From NCBI GenBank assembly GCA_046757525.1, contig JBHHYI010000001.1:96001-160000 (forward strand): DNA of 64,000 nt, written 5' to 3'. The notes beneath the pieces were generated by a model that saw nothing but the letters and a program-made list of their open reading frames with translations, was not told the origin of the DNA and ran no database searches. The translations under genes were made by a program, and so were the position numbers. Below are positions 18,147 through 27,032 of this stretch, in pieces. This stretch comes from a bacterium (GTDB lineage: Bacteria; Zhuqueibacterota; Zhuqueibacteria; Oceanimicrobiales; Oceanimicrobiaceae). Each line of letters begins with the position of its first letter. Position 1 is the stretch's first letter.

Positions 18147-20246
18147 ATGATTGTAAACGAACAGATTGAAATTGACGGTAAGACTTATTCTATCGAAACA
18201 GGCAAGGTTGCTAAGCAAGCCAATGGATCGGTTTGGGTAAGAGTCGAGGATACCATTGTAATGGCTGCCGTGGTTGGGGCCACCGAGCCTACTGAAGGGT
18301 TGGATTTTTTCCCGCTTACTGTGGAGTATCGGGAAAGAGCCTATGCGGCCGGTAAGATTCCCGGGGGATTCTTCAAAAGAGAGGGCAGACCGAGTGAGAA
18401 TGAAATCTTGAATGCCCGCATCGTTGATCGATCGATTCGGCCCCTCTTTCCAAAAGGCTACAAGAACGAAGTACAAGTCATGGTCTACGTTTTGTCGGCG
18501 GACAAGGAAAACGATCCGGATGTTTTGGCCGTAACCGGTGCCTCGGCGGCGCTATATATTTCGGATTTACCTTTTTATGATCCAATCGCCGCGGTTAGAG
18601 TCGGACGCATTAAGGGAGAATATGTTGTCAATCCAACTTTTGCGGAGTTGGAAGAAAGCGACATCGACCTGGTGGTCTCGGCAACCAGGGAGTCTAGTGT
18701 CATGGTTGAAGGCGAAGCCAAAGAAATCAGTGAGCAAGATATGCTCGGTGCTTTGCAATTTGGTCACGAGAAGGTCAAGCAGATCTTGACTCTGGAGCAA
18801 AAGCTGTTCGAAAAAGTTGGTAAGGCGAAAATGGAAGTCCACCCGGATGAGCCTCCCGAAGAAATCGTCAAGAAAACCACAGAAGTCGTCGAGCCGCAGA
18901 TACATCGAATATTCTCGATCACGGAGAAGCAACAGAGGCATGATTTCGTGCACGAATTGAAGGAAGCTGCCGTTGAAGGCTTGTCGGAGGCTTACCCGGA
19001 TTGCGAAAAGGAAGTCTCTGAGATCGTCCACGATATCGAAAAGCAGGTCATCCGAAACAAGATAGTCACCGAAGGCAAGCGCATTGATGGTCGCGGTTTG
19101 GATGATATTCGCCCCATTAGCTGCGAAGTCGGGGTATTGCCACGCGCCCACGGCTCTGCTCTTTTTACCAGAGGCCAGACCCAGGCCCTGGCAGCCACCA
19201 CACTGGGTACCAAGATTGATGAGCAGAAAATGGAAGAACTTGAAGGGGCATTCTGGAAGACCTACATGTTGCACTACAATTTCCCGCCCTTTTGTGTCGG
19301 CGAGATCCGGCCCATTCGCGGAGTCAGCCGCCGGGAGGTGGGACATGGACATCTGGCTGAGAGAGCCATTAAACCTGCGATTCCGTCGGACACCGTTTTC
19401 CCCTACACCTTGCGCATTGTCTCTGACATTTTAGAATCCAATGGTTCCTCCTCAATGGCCACAGTCTGTGCTGGTTCTCTTTCGCTCATGGATGCCGGCG
19501 TGCCGCTGAAAACGCCGATTGCCGGCATCGCCATGGGGCTCATTAAAGAAGAGGACAATTACGTCATCCTGACCGATATTTTAGGCGATGAGGACCACCT
19601 GGGGGACATGGACTTCAAAGTGGCCGGCTCCAATGAAGGCATCACAGCCTTTCAAATGGACATCAAGGTAAAAGGCATTCCTGCCGAAGTATTAGAGCAA
19701 GCTTTGGAGAAAGCGAGGGTCGCCCGCTTGAAAGTCCTTGACATCATGAACCAGACCCTTGACAAACCGCGGGACGAAATATCACCCTACGCGCCCACGA
19801 TCACGACCATAAAGATCGGGGTCGATAATATTGGTACCGTCATCGGTCCCGGTGGCAAAATGATTCGGGAGATTACAGAAAAATCGGGCGCTACCATAAA
19901 CATTGAAGACGACGGCACGGTTATGATTGCCTCAACCGACCCCAGCGGTAGCAAGATGGCCCTGAGCATGATAGAGCAACTGGTTCAGGAACCTGAGTCT
20001 GGACAGACCTATATAGGTAAGGTCAAGAAAATTACTAACTTCGGGGCTTTCGTGGAATTCTTGCCTGGCAAAGAAGGTCTCCTTCATATCTCCGAAATTG
20101 CCCACCACCGGATCAACCGGGTTGAAGAGTATCTCAAAGTGGGCGATGAGATCGAAGTTAAGTTGCTGAAGATCGATTCTGGCGGCAAATTTGATTTGAG
20201 CAGAAAAGCGCTGCTGGAGAAAGATTCTGCCACAACGAAAAACTAA
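18147..20246 (+). CDS. pnp: polyribonucleotide nucleotidyltransferase
   Basis: GKIPGGFFKREG, SNGSSSMA, DHLGDMDFKVAG; KH and S1 domains. Confidence 0.98.
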   Translation: MIVNEQIEIDGKTYSIETGKVAKQANGSVWVRVEDTIVMAAVVGATEPTEGLDFFPLTVEYRERAYAAGKIPGGFFKREGRPSENEILNARIVDRSIRPLFPKGYKNEVQVMVYVLSADKENDPDVLAVTGASAALYISDLPFYDPIAAVRVGRIKGEYVVNPTFAELEESDIDLVVSATRESSVMVEGEAKEISEQDMLGALQFGHEKVKQILTLEQKLFEKVGKAKMEVHPDEPPEEIVKKTTEVVEPQIHRIFSITEKQQRHDFVHELKEAAVEGLSEAYPDCEKEVSEIVHDIEKQVIRNKIVTEGKRIDGRGLDDIRPISCEVGVLPRAHGSALFTRGQTQALAATTLGTKIDEQKMEELEGAFWKTYMLHYNFPPFCVGEIRPIRGVSRREVGHGHLAERAIKPAIPSDTVFPYTLRIVSDILESNGSSSMATVCAGSLSLMDAGVPLKTPIAGIAMGLIKEEDNYVILTDILGDEDHLGDMDFKVAGSNEGITAFQMDIKVKGIPAEVLEQALEKARVARLKVLDIMNQTLDKPRDEISPYAPTITTIKIGVDNIGTVIGPGGKMIREITEKSGATINIEDDGTVMIASTDPSGSKMALSMIEQLVQEPESGQTYIGKVKKITNFGAFVEFLPGKEGLLHISEIAHHRINRVEEYLKVGDEIEVKLLKIDSGGKFDLSRKALLEKDSATTKN

Positions 20247-20256
20247 AGGGCGGGCC

Positions 20257-21552
20257 TTGAAAATAACAAACTCCAATTACCAAAAGAGCATGCTGAGCAA
20301 CGGCATCCGGGTTGTGTCGGAAAAGATCCCGCACGTGCGATCGGTTTCCCTGGGTGTCTGGCTCATCGTTGGATCGAGAGATGAGAACGTTGAGAACAAC
20401 GGCATTTCGCACTACATAGAGCACATGCTGTTTAAAGGCACCAATAAGAGAAAGGCTCAGGAAATTGCCGAAAGTTTGGAATCCGTGGGTGGTCATCTAA
20501 ATGCGTTTACGGCCAAAGAGTTGACTTGTTACTATGCGCACATACTGGATGAACACCTCACCATTGCCATCGACGTCATTTCAGACATCCTGAAAAACTC
20601 TATTTTTGACCGTGACGAAATGGAAAAAGAAAAGCAAGTCATCGTCGAAGAGATCAACAACATTGAAGAAACTCCAGAAGACATGGTACATGACTTGTTT
20701 CAGAACAACTTGTTTCCAAACCATTCCCTGGGTCTGTCGATCGTGGGAAGTCGAGAAAACGTGCTGAATTTTAAACGGGAGAACCTGTTAGACTATATCG
20801 ACAAGAACTACACCTCCAATAGGATTGTGATTGCAGCCGCTGGCAATGTAGTGCATTCACAATTGGTCGGACTGGCGGAGAAAAAGTTTGCCGAGTTCAA
20901 AAGTTCCGCAGAGCCAAACTACCCAAACCCGACTCAACCGCTAAAGTTGAGAAACATATTCGAGAACGGCGGGATTCAAGCGCATCTCTGCCTGGGCACA
21001 CATTCCTATTCCTACAGGAATCCCAAGAAATTCGGGCTGCTGGTTTTGAACACTCTGCTGGGTTCCGGCATGAGCTCCAGATTATTTCAAAACATTCGGG
21101 AAAAGTATGGTCTGGCTTACTCTATTTATTCCTATATCGATTTTCTGTTCGATACCGGCCTCTTTGGAGTTTATGTCGGCACCGACAGAAACAAACTGGA
21201 TTCTTCCATTGAGTTGATTAGCAAAGAGCTGGACAAACTGCGCAAGAATCGTGTCTCCGCCGCAGACCTGAATCGGACCAAGTCTCAGCTCAAGGGGAAT
21301 TTGATGTTGGGTCTGGAGAGTACTTCAAGCCGCATGAATCGACTGGCAAAGATGGAAATATATCTACAAAAGTATTACACGCTGGATGACACCTTGCTTG
21401 AGATCGAACGAGTCTCATCGGACGATTTGTTAGAAATCGCCAATGAGCTTTTTGACCCGAACCGAATTTGTTACACCATTTTGCAACCCCACAAGGGTAA
21501 GGGCTTACAAGAGGGAGGTATTTATGATCATTGGAATTCCAAAAGAAATTAA
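20257..21552 (+). CDS. M16 family zinc peptidase
   Basis: HYIEHMLFKGT (HxxEH), GMSSRLFQNIREKYGLAY. Confidence 0.95.
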   Translation: MKITNSNYQKSMLSNGIRVVSEKIPHVRSVSLGVWLIVGSRDENVENNGISHYIEHMLFKGTNKRKAQEIAESLESVGGHLNAFTAKELTCYYAHILDEHLTIAIDVISDILKNSIFDRDEMEKEKQVIVEEINNIEETPEDMVHDLFQNNLFPNHSLGLSIVGSRENVLNFKRENLLDYIDKNYTSNRIVIAAAGNVVHSQLVGLAEKKFAEFKSSAEPNYPNPTQPLKLRNIFENGGIQAHLCLGTHSYSYRNPKKFGLLVLNTLLGSGMSSRLFQNIREKYGLAYSIYSYIDFLFDTGLFGVYVGTDRNKLDSSIELISKELDKLRKNRVSAADLNRTKSQLKGNLMLGLESTSSRMNRLAKMEIYLQKYYTLDDTLLEIERVSSDDLLEIANELFDPNRICYTILQPHKGKGLQEGGIYDHWNSKRN

Positions 21553-22642
21553 GCCTAACGAAAATCGCGTGTCGTTAATACCCGTAGGCGTTGAGTTGTT
21601 GAGGACCAACGGCCACACTGTGTTGGTCGAAAAAGGGGCAGGGGTAGGCAGTGGATTTTTGGACGAAGAGTACTCACAGGCTGGAGCCGAGATAATTTTC
21701 GCGCCCGATGAGATTTACAGCAGAGCCGACATGATCATGAAGGTTAAAGAGCCCCTGCCACAAGAGTACCCTCTCATCAAAGAGGGCCAGATAGTGTTCA
21801 CCTATTTTCACTTTGCCGCCTCCAGGCAATTGACCACTGCGATGATTGAAAGAAATTGTGTCGCCATCGCTTATGAAACCGTGCAAAACAGTCAAGGCCA
21901 TCTGCCACTTCTGGTGCCCATGAGTGAAGTGGCCGGGCGCATGTCCATTCAAGAGGGGGCCAGATATCTGGAGAAATTGCACGGCGGCAAGGGCATCTTG
22001 CTTGGAGGTGTGCCCGGTGTGGAGCCTGCCAGCGTGGTTATCATCGGCGGCGGTATCGTTGGCACGAACGCAGCAAAGATTGCAGCGGGTCTGGGAGCGA
22101 AAGTGACCATCTTAGATGTCAACCTGGACCGCCTTCGTTACCTGGATGACGTCATGCCCAAAAATGTCATTAGTTTGATGTCAAACCCTGCCAACATACG
22201 CCGAGCCATCTCTGAAGCAGACCTGGTGGTCGGCTCCGTCCTCATCCCTGGTGCCAAAGCCCCCAAACTGATCACCCGGGACATGCTGAAGTTTATGAAA
22301 AGAGGTTCGGTGATCGTTGACGTTGCTGTTGATCAAGGCGGTTGCGTAGAAACGATTAAACCTACCACGCATGCTAATCCCACCTATGAAATCGACGGCG
22401 TCATTCATTATGGCGTTGCCAATATGCCCGGCGGGGTGCCCATGACTTCCACGGTTGCCCTGACCAATGCGACCTTGCCGTACGCCATTGAAATTGCAAA
22501 CCATGGGTTTCCGGCGATCATTTCAGTGAGCGATGAAATTGCAAAGGGCGTGAACATTGCCTATGGTCGTGTGACTTACAGGGGGGTTGCTGAGGCTTTC
22601 GGTTTAGACTACACCCCTGTGGCACAGGCGATCAAAAACTAA
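21524..22642 (+). CDS. ald: alanine dehydrogenase
   Basis: MIIGIPKEIK, PMSEVAGR, DVAVDQGG, VANMPG; GGAGG RBS. Confidence 0.97.
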   Translation: MIIGIPKEIKPNENRVSLIPVGVELLRTNGHTVLVEKGAGVGSGFLDEEYSQAGAEIIFAPDEIYSRADMIMKVKEPLPQEYPLIKEGQIVFTYFHFAASRQLTTAMIERNCVAIAYETVQNSQGHLPLLVPMSEVAGRMSIQEGARYLEKLHGGKGILLGGVPGVEPASVVIIGGGIVGTNAAKIAAGLGAKVTILDVNLDRLRYLDDVMPKNVISLMSNPANIRRAISEADLVVGSVLIPGAKAPKLITRDMLKFMKRGSVIVDVAVDQGGCVETIKPTTHANPTYEIDGVIHYGVANMPGGVPMTSTVALTNATLPYAIEIANHGFPAIISVSDEIAKGVNIAYGRVTYRGVAEAFGLDYTPVAQAIKN

Positions 22643-22652
22643 CTCGGGCCAG

Positions 22653-23432
22653 ATGTTCGTCCCCATTCTGGCTTACCACATGGTTCAACCCAACATGGAT
22701 TTGGGGATAACCAATATCACTCCACACCGGTTTGAGAAGCAGATTCGCTACCTTCACCAAAACGGGTACAGAACCGTGTCCTTGACCGATCTGGTTAGCG
22801 ACACAGGCAACGATGACCTGAGAGGAAACAAATTGGTGGCCATTACTTTCGACGATGCCTATCAATCGGTTTTTGAATTTGCTTTTCCAATTCTGAAGAA
22901 GTTCAATTTTACCGCCACGATTTTTGTGATTTCTGATTACGTTGGCAAATGTAACGGTTGGGATTACAGTTTCCTGCGGCCGGGCGTGCTGCATTGCGAC
23001 TGGGATGAACTCAAGATGCTAAGCTTGAGTGGCTGGGAAATAGGGTCGCACACGGCCAACCACAAGAGCCTGAGCTCCCTTCCCAACAACCATGTTTGGG
23101 ATGAATTGACACGCTCTAAGGAGACGATTGAAAACGAAATGCAAGTACCCGTAACCGTGCTATCCTATCCGTTTGGCGCATTCGATGGACGCGTGATACA
23201 TTTAGCGTACAAAGCCGGTTATACTTGCGCTTGTACGTTGGGCAATCCATTGGCTGAAAGACGTTTTTCCCCGTTTGCGCTGAGCAGAAGAGGGGTCTAT
23301 TCAATCGATCCCTTTTTTCTTTTCAAAGTCAAGCTGCAAAACAATAGGCTCTCGCACCTTGATGCTCAAAAGCAGAGATTAATAACTTTCTGTTCAAAGG
23401 GCACGATTTTGTATCACCACATTTTCAGGTAA
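22653..23432 (+). CDS. polysaccharide deacetylase (CE4)
   Basis: ILAYH, ITFDDAY, IGSHTANH, SYPFG. Confidence 0.93.
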   Translation: MFVPILAYHMVQPNMDLGITNITPHRFEKQIRYLHQNGYRTVSLTDLVSDTGNDDLRGNKLVAITFDDAYQSVFEFAFPILKKFNFTATIFVISDYVGKCNGWDYSFLRPGVLHCDWDELKMLSLSGWEIGSHTANHKSLSSLPNNHVWDELTRSKETIENEMQVPVTVLSYPFGAFDGRVIHLAYKAGYTCACTLGNPLAERRFSPFALSRRGVYSIDPFFLFKVKLQNNRLSHLDAQKQRLITFCSKGTILYHHIFR

Positions 23433-23518
23433 CTTAAAAAACACTTGATTTATTATCCAAATGTTCTATATTGTTTTAATAGCAAGCGGGTTCATCACGC
23501 TGTGTTGAGAACGATTAA

Positions 23519-23887
23519 ATGAAAAAATTAGCTATTAAAAAGCTATATTATTCCATTAGCGAAGTCAGCAAAATCACCTCATTAAAGCCGTATGTCCTCA
23601 GATATTGGGAAACAGAATTCTCGGAGTTGAAGCCGTCAAAAAATCGAGCTGGCAACCGAATCTATCGACTCAATGACATTAACCTGATCAATTTGATCAA
23701 AAAACTGCTTTATCAAGAAAAATACACGATTGAAGGAGCTCGACAAAAGCTCAAATTGCTTAGAGACAATAAGGATGGCCAACTCTATTTGTCGTTTTAT
23801 GACCACAATCTAAACTCGATGCTGTCTGAAATAAGGCAAGAGTTGGTAGAAATCCTAAAAATCATCGGCAGTAATAGCGGGGCGTAG
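23519..23887 (+). CDS. MerR-family HTH protein
   Basis: YYSISEVS, LRYWETEF, YTIEGA; stop codon lies inside tRNA-Pro. Confidence 0.93.
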   Translation: MKKLAIKKLYYSISEVSKITSLKPYVLRYWETEFSELKPSKNRAGNRIYRLNDINLINLIKKLLYQEKYTIEGARQKLKLLRDNKDGQLYLSFYDHNLNSMLSEIRQELVEILKIIGSNSGA

Positions 23888-23952
23888 CGCAGTCCGGTTA
23901 GCGCACTTGACTGGGGGTCAAGGGGTCGTAGGTTCAAATCCTATCGCCCCGA
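23878..23952 (+). tRNA. tRNA-Pro(GGG)
   Basis: Acceptor CGGGGCG/CGCCCCG; CTTGA-CTGGGGG-TCAAG. Confidence 0.96.
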
Positions 23953-23962
23953 CTATTTTTCG

Positions 23963-23996
23963 GAGCCGCACTCCACAGGGTTGCGGCTCTTTTTTT
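23963..23996 (+). terminator. intrinsic terminator after tRNA-Pro
   Basis: GAGCCGCA...TGCGGCTC followed by T7. Confidence 0.85.
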
Positions 23997-24310
23997 GGGT
24001 TTGTCCCACACTAACATCCGTTAGATTTCGTAAGCTCCGTCTCTCAACAACAAGCCGACCTTTGAATGACCAAGGCGAGAGGAGGGCCTTACCCACGAAA
24101 GGGATTCAGAATCCCAGAAACGAGAAAGGTATGGCAGACGGGGAGGAAAAGGAACAAGGAGGTTTGGCTCTTTTGAGGGTTTCAGCGGTGAAAACGATCT
24201 AACGCAAGTGCACCCGGGCGACCGTTATGAGATTCTTTTGTGTCGACACGGCAACATCATTGTGATGGACGCTGTGCCCAATATTTGCCCAACTCCTATC
24301 CTTCTTCAAG

Positions 24311-24454
24311 CTACTCACGCCTTAAGCAACCAAGTTTTGTGCGAAGCTCCTTTAACACCAAGTCAAGAGGAGGCAAGGGATTGACCAGCCGTCCGAGTTC
24401 TCTTTCCCAGTATGGTTCCCTCGACCGTTCCAGAAGCTCTCTTCGGTCTATCAA
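24311..24454 (-). pseudogene. AbiEii-like toxin with in-frame internal deletion (47 aa)
   Basis: TTG start overlaps abiEi stop; MIDRRELLERSRE joined to PYWERELGRLVNPLPPLDLVLKELR; no nucleotidyltransferase core. Confidence 0.65.
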
Positions 24455-25269
24455 TACAACCACCCATCAGGTATTAGCTTGTAGTTAACCAAAAGACCCC
24501 ATTTGTCGTTATAGCTTCCGTGTTTTGGTGATATGGGATCCAGGACGGAGTAGCCCTTCGAGAGTTTCATGCCTTCAAAAATACACCTGTACTTGGGCAG
24601 CAGACCGCCTACTTCGAGAATGTAACCAAGTCTCTTCAATATCGTCATATTGCCCATCTCCATGGCAAAAGTTATTACTGTTTTAAAGTCCATTTCCTCT
24701 CGCGAAAAAAAGATCGACCTTGCAATTTCGTCGATTCCTCCGCAGTGTTCAGGATGGTCAAGGCAGTCGGCTATTGTCTTGTTTTTGTCTGAGATTTTGA
24801 CTCGTTCACCTTCGACTTCAATATCAACCACGCCAAAGAATTTTTTCTCGGCAAGCTGCACAAAGAGGTAGGTGTTGTGCATAATCTCGATTTTTTTCTT
24901 GGCCCTGGTTGTTGCAATGAATGTCGTTGTTGGAATCTGATCGGAAAAGCCGTAATGGTTCAGGGCGGACCAGTAGCCAATGTAGTATGGTTCCACAAGC
25001 TTTGAGCCGATTACAAAGCTGTGCATGGCAAAACTTTCTGCACCCTTCACGCCGACGTCAAGGGGGACGATTGCATACAGACCTCTTTTTAACTTGAGAA
25101 TCCATTTCTTCTTTACAAGGTGGTGTATAGTCTTGCTGGCAGAATTGCCAACCAGCGCTTTAACATCCTCAGTCGTGAAGGTTATTCTGTTGTCTCTCGC
25201 AAAGCTTGAGATGAGAAAGGATTCCTTCTTGCTGAGACCCTGCCTATATTTTTCTGTCGTTGTGTCCAT
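24451..25269 (-). CDS. type IV TA antitoxin, AbiEi family
   Basis: wHTH N-terminus (LKRGLY), YIGYWSALNHYG, DQIP, TIADCLDHPEHCGG. Confidence 0.9.
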   Translation of the reverse strand: MDTTTEKYRQGLSKKESFLISSFARDNRITFTTEDVKALVGNSASKTIHHLVKKKWILKLKRGLYAIVPLDVGVKGAESFAMHSFVIGSKLVEPYYIGYWSALNHYGFSDQIPTTTFIATTRAKKKIEIMHNTYLFVQLAEKKFFGVVDIEVEGERVKISDKNKTIADCLDHPEHCGGIDEIARSIFFSREEMDFKTVITFAMEMGNMTILKRLGYILEVGGLLPKYRCIFEGMKLSKGYSVLDPISPKHGSYNDKWGLLVNYKLIPDGWLY

Positions 25270-25559
25270 ATTTTGTCACTTTCTACAGAATGATATAGTT
25301 TTTATGGCCTAATTTAACAATGTTTCGCAGCATAGTCAATGTGTTTTTCAGAGATGGTAGGACAGACAATCAAGTCCATTCATTTTCGTGACGTACTTCC
25401 CAATAACTGTCCAAGTTGAATAAGCTTCCCGTCGTCGTGGGGCTGTGTTTGCTAATATTCTACTGCTGGCAAGCTGTTGGTCAAGCTGCCGAAAATAAAG
25501 AATAAGCAACGTAATTCAAAATGCCACCTTGTCTCGAAACGTGCATTCAGGGAAACAAA

Positions 25560-25961
25560 GTGAGTGTTGTTAGCAACCGTCTCATCAAAGTACTCATCGT
25601 CGACGACGACCGCATTCTCAGGCGTCTCATGACCAAGCTGATTCAGGATTCGTGGCCCATCGAGATCATCGAGGCCGAGGATGGCCTGGAAGCGCTGACC
25701 ATCCTCCTGAAACATCCCCCACATCTCAACGTCATTATCCTGGACCTGATGATGCCCCTTGTCAACGGAATTGAAGTCCTCAAACTCATACGCAGCAGAC
25801 CCAAGTTCGACCGGGTTCCCATCATGGTCTGCACGGTGGTCAACGATGTGCAGCAGATCAAGCAAATCATCAAGCATGGCGTGGATGACTACGTCGTCAA
25901 ACCAATAGACCGGGTGGTGTTCCTCAGGAAATTCTTCAGGATTCTGAGAAAGATTCGCTGA
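25560..25961 (+). CDS. single-domain response regulator (CheY-like)
   Basis: LIVDDD, AEDGLEAL, ILDLMMPLVNG, YVVKP; start uncertain. Confidence 0.9.
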   Translation: MSVVSNRLIKVLIVDDDRILRRLMTKLIQDSWPIEIIEAEDGLEALTILLKHPPHLNVIILDLMMPLVNGIEVLKLIRSRPKFDRVPIMVCTVVNDVQQIKQIIKHGVDDYVVKPIDRVVFLRKFFRILRKIR

Positions 25962-26219
25962 GCCGGCACCCAACAGTCCCGGTCGTTCGTCACTTTGGAA
26001 GAGGTGCCATAGAAAGCGTTTCCTATTTAGGGAGTGCGTTCCACAGTTCCAGGCGGTGAAACTCGAACCATCTTCCGGGCAGAGATGCGCCAGGGCGTAC
26101 AAGTCCCATAAAATCAAATTGACGGGGCCCTCCATTCTTCTGTTGAAATCTCCCCTCCTGCTACGGCACACCATTTGATTGCCCACCGTGCCAAATCAAC
26201 ACTTAGTTCGTAATGCAAA

Positions 26220-27020
26220 ATGGCAGCAATTATGGAAGAAAAATATACCATGGAGGGTTTAGAAACCTGTTTTGCAAGATTCAACGCCTCCATTGGTGAT
26301 CTCCAAAAAGCTTACAACAAAATCCAACAGCATCTGCATCACAGCGGGGATAGCCTGTCCCAGGAAACCCTGCTCTACATGTCACAGAACCTGGCGCACG
26401 GCATTCGCAATCCCCTTGGCGGCATTGGTAACCTATTGACTCTGCTTTCTCACGACTACGATCTGCAACAAACGGACAAAGTGCAGAGAATGCACGAGGG
26501 GATTGAGCGGATTGAGCGAATCATCGCTAAACTCATTGAGTTTAGTTCGCCGGTGGGAACAAAAAAGAGACGCCACGAACTACAAGAGTTGGTTGACGCA
26601 GTTGTTCATTCTGTAAAACAGTCCTTGGATTCAAATCGGTCTGCGATTCAATTGTCTTTGAGAATGTGTAAGCGCGCCTTGCTGTTGGAAGCGGATGTCC
26701 CCAAGTTGACGCAGGCCCTGCAACACATCGTACAAAACGCATTCGAAGCCATGCCGCACGGGGGCAAAATAAGCATCTGGCTGCGAGAAAGCAAAACGCC
26801 CAACTGCGCCGAATTGCTGATTTCAGATGAAGGCCCTGGAATCAAGGTGGATGAAATAGAGAGGTGCTTTGCACCATTTTACACCACGAAAGTCAATGGC
26901 ATGGGGCTTGGTCTCCCTTTTGCCAGAAAGGTTTTTGAGAAGCACGGTGGAACCATGCTCTTAGAGAATAGAAAGCCAACCGGACTGAAAGTTAGAATCA
27001 AATTGCCAACTAAAAACTGA
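26220..27020 (+). CDS. cytoplasmic histidine kinase, FleS/FlrB/FlgS-like
   Basis: N-terminal FARFNASIGDLQKAY helix; AHGIRNPL; NAFEAM; DEGPG; FYTTKVNGMGLGL. Confidence 0.9.
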   Translation: MAAIMEEKYTMEGLETCFARFNASIGDLQKAYNKIQQHLHHSGDSLSQETLLYMSQNLAHGIRNPLGGIGNLLTLLSHDYDLQQTDKVQRMHEGIERIERIIAKLIEFSSPVGTKKRRHELQELVDAVVHSVKQSLDSNRSAIQLSLRMCKRALLLEADVPKLTQALQHIVQNAFEAMPHGGKISIWLRESKTPNCAELLISDEGPGIKVDEIERCFAPFYTTKVNGMGLGLPFARKVFEKHGGTMLLENRKPTGLKVRIKLPTKN

Positions 27021-27032
27021 AGGGCGGTGCAA

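Noticed and set aside
23981..24300. Short ORFs downstream of tRNA-Pro
   Set aside because: They overlap the terminator, lack an RBS or motifs, and are probably decayed DNA.
26164..26182. sigma54 promoter before the kinase (CGGCACACCATTTGA)
   Set aside because: The -12 position is GA rather than GC and no enhancer motif was seen nearby.
25452..26186. 244-aa minus-strand ORF
   Set aside because: Shadow of the response regulator, which has clear motifs on the plus strand.
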